Shown here piece by piece: positions 12,564 to 25,076 of a DNA stretch of 64,000 nt. Each line of letters begins with the position of its first letter. Position 1 is the stretch's first letter. The translations under genes and the position numbers were made by a program. Source of the DNA: Paraspadella gotoi (Eukaryota > Animalia > Chaetognatha); the NCBI GenBank assembly GCA_051294375.1, contig CM119264.1, positions 21,952,681 to 22,016,680 on the forward strand. The letters run 5' to 3'. A model generated the notes under the pieces. That model searched no databases and was not told the DNA's origin. It saw nothing but the letters and a program-made list of their open reading frames with translations.

Positions 12564-12886
12564 ACGAGAGAGAGAGAGAGAGAGACGCCATAAGGTCTCC
12601 AACTGTCTCGCTCTCTGTTTACCTAATCAGAGAGCACGCCTCTCTCGTCGATCATCGATCAGGCGAAGAAAAACAATTTAACACAATCTTGGGAAACGAC
12701 GTCGACTGAGAAACCGATTGGGAAAAATTTTTTTAGAAATCTAAATCATTATCAATTTTAATATTCATGTTACTGATGTATTAAAAACGAAATTACTGGA
12801 GGTTTTTTTTTATTTAGTAGTTTTTTTTACATTTTCTTTACCAACGCATTCACTTACAAAAAGCTTTGCAGAAAACTTTTTTTTGA

Positions 12887-12985
12887 TTTTTTAAAACTTA
12901 AAAGTCATAAAAAACAGAGATGTGACAGAAAACTATTTTTTAAAACTTAAAAGTGATAAAAAACAGAGATGTGACAGAAAACTAT
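12887..12985. repeat. Two tandem copies of a 49-bp unit
   Basis: TAAAACTTAAAAGT(C/G)ATAAAAAACAGAGATGTGACAGAAAACTAT starts at 12892 and 12941. Confidence 0.9.
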
Positions 12986-13210
12986 CTTGTCTGAATTCGA
13001 AGGAATTTATTCTTTCCTTCTGTTGACAACGAATACATTTTTCATAAGCAAAGGGAAAAAATACAATGATTTTAATTTCAATAAATGGCAACAACGACGA
13101 CAATAATTTCGGCGATGAAAAAGCAACAAAGACAACTATAAGAGATTTTGAACAAACTGAAACAAGGATATGAACGAAAGCCAAACAAAGTTCTAAGCGG
13201 TTGCGAGGGT

Positions 13211-13280
<70 letters not shown>

Positions 13281-14181
13281 AGAGAGAGAGAGAGAGAGCG
13301 CCTAAAATTTCATTCCAAACCGCGATAGTCCGAATCCGATTAACGAACTGGGTCGTAAATTTTCGTTTAACACTCCGCATTCATTTGATTTGTTCAAACG
13401 ACGCAGATTAAAGATTACAACAATAATTTTAGCTCAAAATCAACGTTTCCCTTTTTTGTCTTCATCCCGATTCGCGAATAAGAGAATAAAAGTTCTTGTC
13501 GTCGTCTTTATCGTCGTCTTTGTCGTCAAGGGCCTCGACCGTCGCCAATGAGCGGAAAATCGTCGTCCTTGTCACTTTTCCTGACCTCGTTCGTCGAGAC
13601 TGTGGTCGAATTACCTCGTGGTCTAGACGAGGTGGTGGAGGTAGTCATGGTGGTGAAGGTTGTCATGCTCAACGTCGTCGCCATCTTCCGCGTCTTATTT
13701 ACGTCAGTCACAATCGTCGTCGTCGTCGTCGTCGTCGTCTCCCAATTTATATTCGAATGATTTAACGGTTAACGAATTTTGTAAAAATTTGAATATTTCA
13801 TTCGCCAATATAAGTCGAAAAACAAATGTGCGAAAAGTTTATTTTGTAAAAAAAAACAAACAAGAAATTGGGGAAAGAATAATGGAATTCCTAATTTTCT
13901 CCATTAACTCTTTCCTTTTTTTTTTCGGCGGAATTTGATCTCCGATTCTCCATGCATAACAAATGCCAACTGTCACGAGCCAACGTCCTCCTTCATTTTT
14001 CCTTCCCCCGCCAGATTTCGGCCCATGATATTTTTTTGGAACCCGTGATATTTGGGAAGTCGTTATCAAGCTTCGCCGATTTTCTTTCGCAGGATGCGAT
14101 GTATTTAGAGGCGGAGATAATTTGTTTGACTCTCCCCCCTTTTCCAAGTTGAAATAATTAGGCGGGCACGCGGCTCATTTG

Positions 14182-14212
<31 letters not shown>

Positions 14213-14313
14213 GTCTCTCTTTCTCTCTCTCTCTCTCCGTCTATTCCCTGTCGACCCTAATCTCATTGAACACCTCGGAGAGATAAAGGGAGGGAGGGAG
14301 AGAGAGAGAGAGA

Positions 14314-14408
<95 letters not shown>

Positions 14409-16154
14409 AAACCGATTTGGTTACAACCTCTAAAAACTTTCTCTTTCGTCTCGTTAATGCAAATGGCATTCATGGTCTCTACAAGTTGATTGCCTCTGGT
14501 CCTTTGGGAGAACCGAGTGAAATCCTTGGCTCCTTTTCTCCTTTTTGTTTTGTTTTTTCGTTTTGCTTCGTTTCGTTTTTCGTCAGCCGCCGACGCCGCT
14601 GCTGACGCCGCCACCGCCGCTGGCTTCCTGAGAGCCGTCACCGCTGATCCATCCAAGGATGTGCAAAGGAGTAGCGTAAGCTCTAGATTCTGATGACTAA
14701 CATTGTACAATGTACATACATGAAAGTACATGCAAAAAAATGACGAATTCGCTCCTATTAACTAAATTGTGTTGTTTTTTTACGTCGTTGCATGTAAAAA
14801 CAAACATAATGTACATATAGCAAAATAGCGCGCAATCTGGGGATAAAACAAGTTCCAGTCTCCCCATCACCGATTCACGTTCCATCCTTCAATGTCACAG
14901 CCTTCACCGTCGCAGCCTTCACCGCCCAGGCTTCACCGACTGGGGAATAGAGCTTTCTTGAATGACGTTCCGATTTAACTCGGTTATGTCTGTCGCAGCG
15001 CAGCTGAATAACGATGTGGCATCGCGAAGCAGCGCGCATGCTGCAGCTTTAACAATAAACCATAATCGTTATCATCAACCAAATCTACGTATAATTCTTC
15101 CCGTTATCTCTTTAAAGACCAACGGCTGAAAGAAAATTCAATAAAATAGTATAATAATGTAAAACTGGGGTCAAATATTTTTTTTTTCTCTTGGCTTTCA
15201 ACGACTGAGCCGTAAATCTGCTGTGGGAACGTCGAAAGGATATTCGTACGAGTCCGTCTCTCCTCTTTGCCCTTGCCTCTTGCCTCTTCTTCTTTTTTTT
15301 CAAGGAACCACCGACTTTGGGGCTGGAAGAGGCAGAAGATGTGGGGGTGGAGGGAAATATGGGGGGGGGGAGGGAGGAATGAAAATGGGGAGGGACAATA
15401 GAGATACATAAGGGGAAGCGTGGAGTTTAATAAGGGGGGAAGAGTGAAGGTTCGGTGACACCGGGCGAGCGAGGGAATGCCAGAGGAAAAAGCGAAAACA
15501 GACGATGGAAAAGTTATTTTACTTGCATTTTATGCACGTGTTAAGAAGAGCAATCTAATTTGAATAGAATAAAGACTTTCAAAATATTTTGTCCAGAGTT
15601 ACTGTTAAGACTAAATTGGATTAAAATCTGGTCTTAATTGGGGTAAAGTTTGGGCTAAGTGGGTTAACGCGAGGAGAGAGAGTCAGGGGATTCGCGGTTG
15701 GGATCAAATTCAATCTGCGCTCAACGAAATGCGATCCAACGTCATGAGTGAAGGGCGACGCCTCTGGGTTTTTTAAAAATGAGGACGACGACGACGACGA
15801 TGATGACGTAAACGACGACGCCGAAGACGACGACGAAAAAATTGATCATCGGAGAGAGAGAGAGAATACGGGGTAAAAATACATTGACGTCCACACACCC
15901 AGTACCAGAATCAAAGCAGAACGGCCGCTTTTTCTTATGAAATTGGTACAACCAATATAAAAATTATCCATTCATTTAATAAATAAGCTATCTTGCCCCT
16001 GACTTTGGACAGGCTTTGGTGGTTTAAGGCCTCCATCACATGTTACTGGTTAGTGTCTTCCGGTTCATCCCAGTGCCAAGAGGCGGTTACTGAAGTAAAT
16101 TTTGATTAGGATTTAAAAGCGAGAAAAAAAATAATTACTTAATATCATAATATA

Positions 16155-16730
16155 CAGATCTGCTCAAAAAAATTTTAATAGTTATGATAAAAGCATTTTA
16201 TTTCGTTATTTGAAGGAAGCCTTACAATCTTGAATTGCGAGACTATCCCCGTCATCTTTCTCACTCTTCGTGGACATGCGAGGCCGCCTGCTTCCAACAG
16301 CTCGTCCAAGGTGTCCAGTTGCTTCAAATTTGTTGACAACTCTGCAGATGGTTGTTAGAAAGAAATTAAACTGTCTGGCGATCCTATATCTTGACAAACC
16401 CGCCTTCCGAAAGCTCAACAATTGCAGCTTTCTTTTTGGGGATAAGCCGTTTTGTAGTTTCCATGGTAAAAAAAAAATAAAAAAAAACAAAAAATAAAGA
16501 TGGAAACAAAATTTTTTTCCGTAAAAAAAAATAAATTGTAAGACAAAATTTCGATCATTTTTTTAATTTTAGCACAGCTTCTATAATATTTAGCCTAAAA
16601 ACCTCCTCATGGACTGGGATGAAAGATATTTGTTTTGGCTTTCAAATGAACCCAAATTTTAATTAATAAGACGACAGACAATCGAGATAGTAGGGGGTTC
16701 AAAGTTTAAACTTTTTTTTGAGCAGATCTG
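16155..16730 (-). mobile_element. Internally deleted Tc1/mariner transposon (576 bp)
   Basis: TIRs CAGATCTGCTCAAAAAAA... (16155) and ...TTTTTTTTGAGCAGATCTG (16730); TA on both sides (16153-54, 16731-32); retains the transposase N-terminal fragment. Confidence 0.93.
16206..16464 (-). pseudogene. Tc1-type transposase N-terminal paired-like HTH fragment; DDE domain absent
   Basis: LSPKRKLQLLSFRKAGLSRYRIARQFNFFLTTICRVVNKFEATGHLGRAVGSRRPRMST fits the Tc1 pattern of HTH, KF..TG and a GRPR-like linker. The likely ATG at 16464 is one base out of frame. Confidence 0.85.
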
Positions 16731-18300
16731 TATTTTAAAAAAAATGGAACAATCTAATGTTTTCGACGGAATAATAGCCAAAGGTGACGATGTCAGGTGA
16801 AAGGCGAAATCTGGTGGAGCGAACTAAGGGTTGACTCTCTCGCCTGGCAAAAGCAGCCGGCAATCTTAGGCAGGCGGAGGAAAAAAAGTGGGAACTACAA
16901 ATCACGTCATTACGGGTTTTTTGAATATCGCTTCGATTGAGACGGGAAAGGGGAGAAAGAAGGAAAGAGGGACCGCAAAGTGATTCATGAATTTGGTAGA
17001 TGGAGGCTCAAGGGGAGAAAGAGGGTTGTAACGACCCAAGTTGCCGGTAAAAGCATAGAAAAGAAATCAAAATGGCCGACATAAACGCGACGAAAAAAAA
17101 AAGGAAAAAAGCTTAATCGAGATATATATTCTTTTAAAAAATAAGGCGATAAAAAGGGAAAACGAAAATAATGATAATTTCGTTGCGAGGGTCGGAGCCG
17201 ACGAGAGAAGGCGTGGTATGGATTGAGTGGGGTGTTGTGGGGAAAGAATGGGAGTGAATGTTGAGGGGAAAATTATGAGAAGGAATGCCCGAATTAAAAT
17301 GGAAAAGAGGAGGGAGGGAGAATATGAAGAAATAAAACATCGAAAAAAGAAAGATGTGATGAAAAAAAAAGTTAAAAAGAGAAAAAAGGTAGAAGAAAGA
17401 AGAAAGAAGAAAGAAGAAAGAAGAAAGAAGAAAGGACGAGGAAGAAGGATTCATTCAATGATAAAGAAGACGACGATCACGAATTAAATTATGATTTTTG
17501 ACGAGGATTTAACCGCAAAAGGCGACGGCGACCGGTAGAGGGCTGCAGAGAAAGAAGCCGCCAAAAAATCTTTTTTATTTTAGATGGGAAGTCGATGGTT
17601 TACAGTTCTTGCTCAATTTAATAAATATTTTCTTTTTTTTTACCAATTTTTAGGTATTCTTTATTGTAATTTCTTATGATTTAGTCTAATACTCTTCAAG
17701 ATTGTTTTTCGCGCAGGTGCTTTTTCCCATCATCAATGACAACAAAGACGTGTGAATATTTGATATTCCGGTTTTTTTTGTTCGTGTTCGCAACTTTGTT
17801 TTTTCCTTCTATACAATTTTATGCGTGTATGTTCTCGACTACCGATTTTTCTTTATTTTAAAATTTTTTTTTTTTTATCCTTTAAACTTCTTACCAGGGA
17901 AGTTTTCCTTCTCTTTTCCTTTCCTTTCTCTTATTCCTGAGCGTCTCTTTTCTCGCCATTCCGTTTCTGAACGTCTCTTCGCCCCTCCACTACCCTTGGT
18001 ATCGTCTTCTTTTTTCTCAGCGAATTTCGCCTCATTTAACGAGAAATTCTCGTTCGCTCCTTTTCGCATTTAAAGCTCGCCGCCGCCTTCAAGCCGCCTT
18101 CCCGCCGACTTTACGCCGCCACCGCCAATTGGCCGGCTTCCCGCCCTCGTCCCTCCACCCAAACAACGCCCCCGTTTCCTCCTCCTCCTCCTCCTCCTCC
18201 TCCTCATCCTTCTCTTCACACTTTTCTCTTTTTATTTTAAATCGCGTCGAGCAACGACTCAATATGATACTTTTCGGTAGGTCAGTCTGTTTAATTTTTT

Positions 18301-18380
18301 AAAAAGTTTAACCAAAGATATAAAATCTAAAACCATATGTCTGCCCACGATAATTAATCGGTAATCAGCCAAATAAATAA

Positions 18381-18420
<40 letters not shown>

Positions 18421-19900
18421 ATATATAAATAAATATATAAATAAATAAATACTATAGTAAAAATAATTACAAATAAAATACAAATTATTCTTTCAACTTG
18501 CATCATTTTTTCAACTTGCAAAAATCTTTCAACTTGCATTATTCTTTCAACTTGCAACAATCTTTCAACTTGCATAATTTTTTAACTTGCATAATTTTTT
18601 CAACTAGCATAATTTTTTCAACTCGCATAATTTTTTTAACTCACATCATTTTTTTAACTTGCATCGTTTTTTCAACACGCATCATTTTTTCAACTCGCAT
18701 CATTCTTTTAACTTGCATAATTTTTTTAACTTACATCATTTTTTCAAATTTGCAACATTTTTTCAACTCGCATCATCTTTTCAACTTGCATTTTTTTTTA
18801 AACTTGCATCATTTTTTAAACTTGCATCCTTTTTTTCAACTTGCGTCATTTTTTCAACTTGCAACATTCTTTCAACTTGCATCATTCTTTCAGCTTGTAT
18901 CATTCTTAGAACTTGCATCATTCTTTCAGCTTGTATCACTTTTTCAACTTGCAAAAATCTTTCAACTTGCTTCATTTTTTCAATATGCATAATTTTTTTA
19001 ACTTGCATCATTTTTTCAAATTGCATCATTTTTCACTATTATTAATTAATTAATTAATTAAAACATTCATGAGTAAGCGTAAATAATAAAAATTCAAGTC
19101 AACTTGACTTTGATTTTTTTCCATGCAAACTTATTTCCACTCGCACGATTCCATCGAAACTTTATGTCGTGCTTCATCACAAACCTTCCTTCCCACACAC
19201 AAAATTTAATCTCAAATTTTCCATCCAATTATGATTAATTCTAGTAATTATGGGTTAAAATTAGTAAAAAGATTTAAGTTAATGGGACTTATGTTTTTTC
19301 CATTTAAACTCATTTCCACTCTCACGATTCCATCGAAACTTTATATCCAGCTCAATTATACACTTTTCCAACCACACACCATATTTCATTCCAATCCATC
19401 CATCCAATCACGAGTAATTGGAGTTTTTGCTAAGAGGGGACGGACAGACTGACAGACAGACAGACAGACAGACAGACGGAAGGACGAACATTGTTTTTTT
19501 GCTTAATTTAGCATAATAAGACGTTCTGATGTGATAAAAATGATTTACTAACAAGATTTAGGGGTGGGACCGACGGACGCGACACAAAGTGAATTATAGA
19601 GTCGGAATCTGCTGATAAGCAAAATTATCGAAAGATGATGATGATGATAATTTTTAACGGTTTTTCTTATTTTTCACCCACTTATGATCAAAATATCAAA
19701 AAAGAATTATACTTTTTGCAAGCTACCTGAATCTGATCTTAGAAATAAATAAAAAAAATTTGACTTTCCTATCTATAAAAAATTAATATACATGTATAAT
19801 TTCATGTTAAAAACTTTTTGTCTATCCTAATTTTTTAAAAATGTTAAAATTTAAGCCACCCCTAATAATAGAGTCGGAATCTAAATCTAAACCGACTAAA
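18301..19900 (-). mobile_element. DINE-1/HINE-like (Helentron-associated) element, composite copy
   Basis: Contains (GACA/GGAC)n at 19440-19485, terminal motif TTATAGAGTCGGAATCTGCTGATAAGC (~19594-19620), a second hairpin end AGTCGG...CCGACT-AAAAA (~19871-19900), an internal ~21-bp array and two copies of an internal block. Homologous to 20529-21682 and 48740-49955. Confidence 0.7.
18485..19035. repeat. Minisatellite of a ~21-22-bp unit TTTTTTCAACTTGCATCATT, roughly 25 copies, inside the HINE-like element
   Basis: Read directly; the same unit recurs at ~48755-48830. Confidence 0.92.
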
Positions 19901-20528
19901 AAAGACAAAAAGGAAAACATGAAACAATAACAAATTAACCATTTAATTTCTCTATTCTCATTTACATCTTGTCGTATGCCAACTAATCGCTAAATTTTTG
20001 ACAAAAGTTAAAGCTCTCGTTGAAACGTAAACTGATCGATTGAATGCCGGCTAACTGACTTATCAATAAGCAAACATTCTCAAAACACGGTCCTTTCATG
20101 TCCAAACTAATTGGACCAAAGGCTTGATAACTATCCAAGTCAACCAAAATTTTGGGTGGGGCAGAAAGCTCTCTAGATAAAAAGAGAAACATAACTTTCT
20201 GTAACCGGAAACCAGTGTCTCTGCGATGTTGCTCCTTAGTTCCTTACCTAGCTATCCTTGAAGGGATGAATAGCTGGGTAATAAGACCAGCTCGGCTGTC
20301 GCCTGAATGGGTCAACGTAAGGAAAGCCCCCTCCAGAGATGCCGCGTTTAGCGCTGCGCGATTGTTTCCATTTTACCACTGCTTCACAGACATTTTTAAA
20401 AAAATATAAACTGCCTCAATTGCTCTTTTAACTTCTTCGGATGTCGCTTAGACAGCAAAGGCAGTCCTCTTTCATAATACTGGTTCGACTCAAAAACAAC
20501 AAAAAATAAAAGGAATTGAGAAATTATA

Positions 20529-21682
20529 AGCAAGTTTGAGCTAACAATGTCGGATCTGCTTACGCTAATTTAGCGGTAAGCGGCAAACCAGATGATAAGT
20601 CATGCAATGATAACGATTTATTGATAGAAACGATAAATGTCCGATGAATGTGACAAGAAAATTCATAAATAAATAATTAGAGAGAGAAACATAACTAATC
20701 ATAACAAGATCATAACATTATAAATCATATCATATCAATAGATCAATTAAAAAATTTATCAATCAATCATTTAACCAAATCAATCAATCCATCCATCGAT
20801 CAATCAGAGATAGAGAGAAATTCAAATAAATATGTCTTTTGTTTTTTCAATTTAAACTCTTTTCCACTCCTACGATTCCATCAAAATTTTATATCCATTT
20901 TAATCACATACTTTCCTACCCAAACCCGAAATTCCATTTCAATTTATCTATTCAATTTTCAATAAATATTATAATTATGAGTAAATATTAGTAAAACAAA
21001 TTTGAGCAAACAATGTCGGATCTGCCCATGCATCATTAGCGTAATTAATTAATAAATTAATTTATTTGATCCGAAATGTTTTTTTTTTTGGGTCTTTTCG
21101 TCACTGACCACGACAAAAGCAACGACGACGATGATTGCGACAACGAAAATAATTCCCTTAAGATTGACTTGATTTATTGTTTGATTGATTGATTAAATAA
21201 TTAATTAATTGATAAATAAATTGATTGATTGAATAAATTATTGATTGTTTAATTTTCTAATTAATTAATTATTGATTAATTAATTGACTAATTGATTAAT
21301 TAACTAATTAATTATTTGATTAATCAATACATCTTGCATTTACATTAAATATGAAAATAAAAAGAAGAGGAATCAATTTGTGAAATAGATTTTGTTGTTT
21401 AAACTCATTTCCACACGCAAGATTCCATCGAAACTTCATAACCAGCTCAATCACACACTTCCCTTCCCACACACAAAATTTCATTCCTTGTTAAGGTGGG
21501 ACGGACGTACAGACAGACAGTCCAACAGACAGACAGACAGACAGACAGACAGATGGACATAATTTTTTTGGATTAATTTATCATAATTCGATGTTCTGAC
21601 ATGATATAAGTGAATGCCCGTCAAGATTGAGGGGGCGGACCGACGGACCGACAAAGAGAATTATAGAGTCGGGATCTGCTGT
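20529..21682 (-). mobile_element. Two adjacent DINE-1/HINE-like copies: truncated 20529-~20990 and near-complete ~20994-21682
   Basis: On + both begin (A)CAAGTTTGAGC(A/T)AACAATGTCGGATCTGC (short hairpin plus subterminal repeat). The second has the shared core, (GACA)n at 21505-21555, and ends TTATAGAGTCGGGATCTGCTG. Confidence 0.72.
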
Positions 21683-22990
21683 TAAACGACGTTGTCGGCC
21701 TCGTGGCGTTTCGGAGCTGGCTCGACGTCGCCCGTAGATTGAGTAGGGATTGGAGAAGAGGCAAATGTCGCTTGAGGAGATTGGAAGGAGGTCACGGCGG
21801 AGCGAATATTCGATGGAGGAGAGAGTAGAGAGTTCAAGGTCAACGAAGGGTCAGAGGTCCAAGAGAGGATCGGAGGTCAACTAGGGTCAGAAGTCAAGGT
21901 AGAACTAACGGATTCACTCCGCGAAAAGACGTGCGATTGACAGCGACGAGAAGCGAAGGGGAAGAAAACAGCGCCGCTTTTTAACGACGGCGTCTTTTTA
22001 AAGGACCGGCGATACCAATACCTCCATCTCCCGTTCTACAACGCCACCTATGACGCCATCGCCCTATTCGTTGCCACTTGAATGGAATATCGCGACGAAG
22101 AAACAACGACAACAACAACAACGACAACAACGACAACAACAAATCCTTGGCGGAAAATCGACGATGATTTATTTACAAGAAAACAAAAAGGGAATTTGAT
22201 GCTCGCGTGGAGAGATCCTCGCTGTTTGGCGTCGCGCGCTGGGATCCAAATATCTCGTTTTTTAGTTGTTGTTGTTTTTTTTTTATTTTCGATTGTTACG
22301 ACGTCAACAACGACGACGACGATGACGACGACAACGTCAAACGAGAGGCGCACCTCCTCTGGGAGATAAGCGAGGGGAAACAACAAACGCGAATAAATAC
22401 AAAAGGCTCAGGTGCAACGTTCTCCATCTGCTCGAACAGGTGCTAAAAAATCATACTTAATCAGGGCCAAAAATAAAATTGGCGACAGATTCCTGAGACA
22501 AACAAGTTGAAAAAATTCTATTTTTTTTCGTGTATTTTATCAAATACTATACAACGATAAATTAATTTTTTTTTTAACCATAAGAATTTTTTTCAATAAT
22601 TAAGCAACGATTAGAGTAGGTGGCATACTACATAGTATGCACAGTTGCATAGTCTACATATCTTCCCCACCTCAGGCAGTTAAATATACTAAAATTTATC
22701 CACATTGCGGTCAACCTGAACGCGATATTGACATTAGAAGGATTGAGAAAACCCCATCAGAGTTATTTGCTTCCTGCCTTTTATTTTTTTCTCCCTTCGT
22801 CTCTCGCTCTCAAATCTCGCCTTCTGCCTACCAATTTTTTTCATTCCCCTTGTTTCGCATTGACTCTTTGCTTTTTTTACGCTCAACGAAAAACCCCAAA
22901 AAATCTCCAGTCAAATTCGAAGCCGTTCGCCCTCGACACCATAAAACTACAACCCGGTGTTAATGGAGGAATCGCAAGGCGAGGACAGAA

Positions 22991-23002
22991 AGACGACGAC
23001 GA

Positions 23003-23044
<42 letters not shown>
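22991..23044. repeat. (GAC)n trinucleotide repeat
   Basis: Read directly. Confidence 0.95.
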
Positions 23045-23045
<1 letters not shown>

Positions 23046-23390
23046 GATTTCGAAGTCGCTGTTTTCTTGACATAAGATATCATTCGATATTTATAAAGAA
23101 GAAGACGATTTTTTCAATTTCAGACGTCAGCAATGATGCGAGCGACGGCTAAACTTTTAAATCGACATAGATTGACTATCAGGCGACGACGACGACGACG
23201 ACAACGATATTAACCTCGATGACAAATCAAGTTTTCTGACGCCGAAGGAAAAAATGTCAACATTCAGCTCGAGGGAAAATGACGACGAAGACGACGAGGA
23301 AATAATTTTGTTAAAAATAACAAAAATGAGGATGAAGTCCATGAATTTATTGATTATAAAATTGATGACCATAATTGATATACATGGGGC

Positions 23391-23961
23391 GAAATATAAT
23401 ATGTTCAGAATTGATAAAGATGAGAATAAGGAAGACGACGACGACGACGACAACGACGACAAAGATGATCCTGATGAAAATGAGGAGGATGGGGGCGATT
23501 TTGGACAAATCAAACAACAACACGCCTGGTGAAGAGGAAGAGGAGGAGGGAAGAGGAAGAGGAGGGGGAGGAGGAAGAGGTTGTGGAGAGACGGAAGGAG
23601 GGGAAGCTGGGAGAGAGTCGAACGGAGTGAGACGAAAAGAGTGCGAAAATCACGAGTTCAGTGAGAAAGGANNNNNNNNNNGAAATATAATATGTTCAGA
23701 ATTGATAAAGATGAGAATAAGGAAGACGACGACGACGACGACAACGACGACAAAGATGATCCTGATGAAAATGAGGAGGATGGGGGCGATTTTGGACAAA
23801 TCAAACAACAACACGCCTGGTGAAGAGGAAGAGGAGGAGGGAAGAGGAAGAGGAGGGGGAGGAGGAAGAGGTTGTGGAGAGACGGAAGGAGGGGAAGCTG
23901 GGAGAGAGTCGAACGGAGTGAGACGAAAAGAGTGAGAAAATCACGAGTTCAGTGCGAAAGG
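23391..23961 (+). repeat. Near-identical ~280-bp direct duplication (23391-23671 and 23682-23961) flanking a 10-N gap; probably unmerged contig ends
   Basis: Both copies start GAAATATAATATGTTCAGAA and differ at about 2 positions (GTGCGAAAA vs GTGAGAAAA; GTGAGAAAG vs GTGCGAAAG). Confidence 0.9.
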
Positions 23962-24742
23962 AGTTCTGTTAATAGGATTATATATGAAAACAAAAACAAA
24001 TATTTTTCTTATTTGCAAAATTATAGCTACTATAGAAACTTAACATGCATAAATAACTTATTAACGAGAACGATGTTCAATATTCTGTGCAGAAAATAAT
24101 TTTTAACCTCGTCTTGGATAGCATAATAAATGCTGCCTCTATATCCAGAAGACAACACTAATATCCCTTCCCATCATGTTATTAATATATTAAATAAATC
24201 TAATAGTTAATTTTTTTAAACTGTTTATATCAATTTAAAAATTACATAGTAAAAAAAAGTAGTAAATGCCATTTTCATAAAATGAAGTGGGGAGGCAGTG
24301 CGAAATCTGGTGACACGGACTCGAATTGAGAAACGAGAAAAAGTTCACGGGGTCACGAGGTCAGAGCGAAGGCGATGATTACATTCGCCGGTCGTAGAGT
24401 ATCGACGATGCGACGACGAGGGGGGCATGAGGGGGAAGGGGGGTTGAAAGGGGGAAGGGGGAGGGGGGAGGGGGGTTAAAGAGTGGAGGGGGAAGGGGGT
24501 TGAAAGAGGGGAGAAAGATAAAAAGAAAACAAAAAAAGGAGAGAGGGAGGAAATTAGGGAGTGGATATGGAGAGAATCCAAAGACGAAGGAATGATTAAA
24601 GATAAAGAGAGAGAAGGAAAAGATGGAGAGAGAGATGGGAAAGGATTCGAAGACGATTGAGAGCGAGATAGTCGAGGCAGAGATCGAAGAAAAGATGCGA
24701 ATTCGGGCGAAAACTCGAGATGGAAACAAAGAAAAGGAGGGA

Positions 24743-24783
24743 GACGAGGACGACGACGAGGACGACGACGAGGACGACGACGA

Positions 24784-24858
<75 letters not shown>
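24743..24858. repeat. (GAC)n trinucleotide repeat with GAG/GAT interruptions
   Basis: Read directly; gives poly-D/T/S/V in the ORF track. Confidence 0.95.
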
Positions 24859-24859
<1 letters not shown>

Positions 24860-24934
24860 CACTGATGAAAATTGCGAAAGACAGAAAGAAAAAAAATCAA
24901 GGATATTGAATGACAAAAAAAAAAACCTGACGGC

Positions 24935-25076
24935 AGAATGAAATGAAAATTTCAGTGGCAAGAATTGAAATGGCAACATAGAAACGGCAACAATAAAAAG
25001 ACAAGAAATGAAATGGCAACAATGAAATGGAAAGAATTGAAATCGCAACAATGTATGGCAAGAAATGAAATGGCAG
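24935..25076. repeat. Degenerate ~15-bp tandem repeat (GAAATGAAATGGCAA)
   Basis: Repeated GAA(A/T)TGAAATGGCAA variants. Confidence 0.6.

Noticed and set aside
18498-19045. Repetitive proteins (FFQLAS / QVEKMM)
   Set aside because: Translations of the ~21-bp array inside a non-autonomous element; unit length varies and breaks frame.
19983-20495. Coding or retroelement relic between HINE copies
   Set aside because: Complex sequence, but interrupted by stops and with no motif I can recognise.
24623-24865. Acidic poly-Asp protein
   Set aside because: GAC repeats are ubiquitous in the non-coding DNA here; no splice or homology support.
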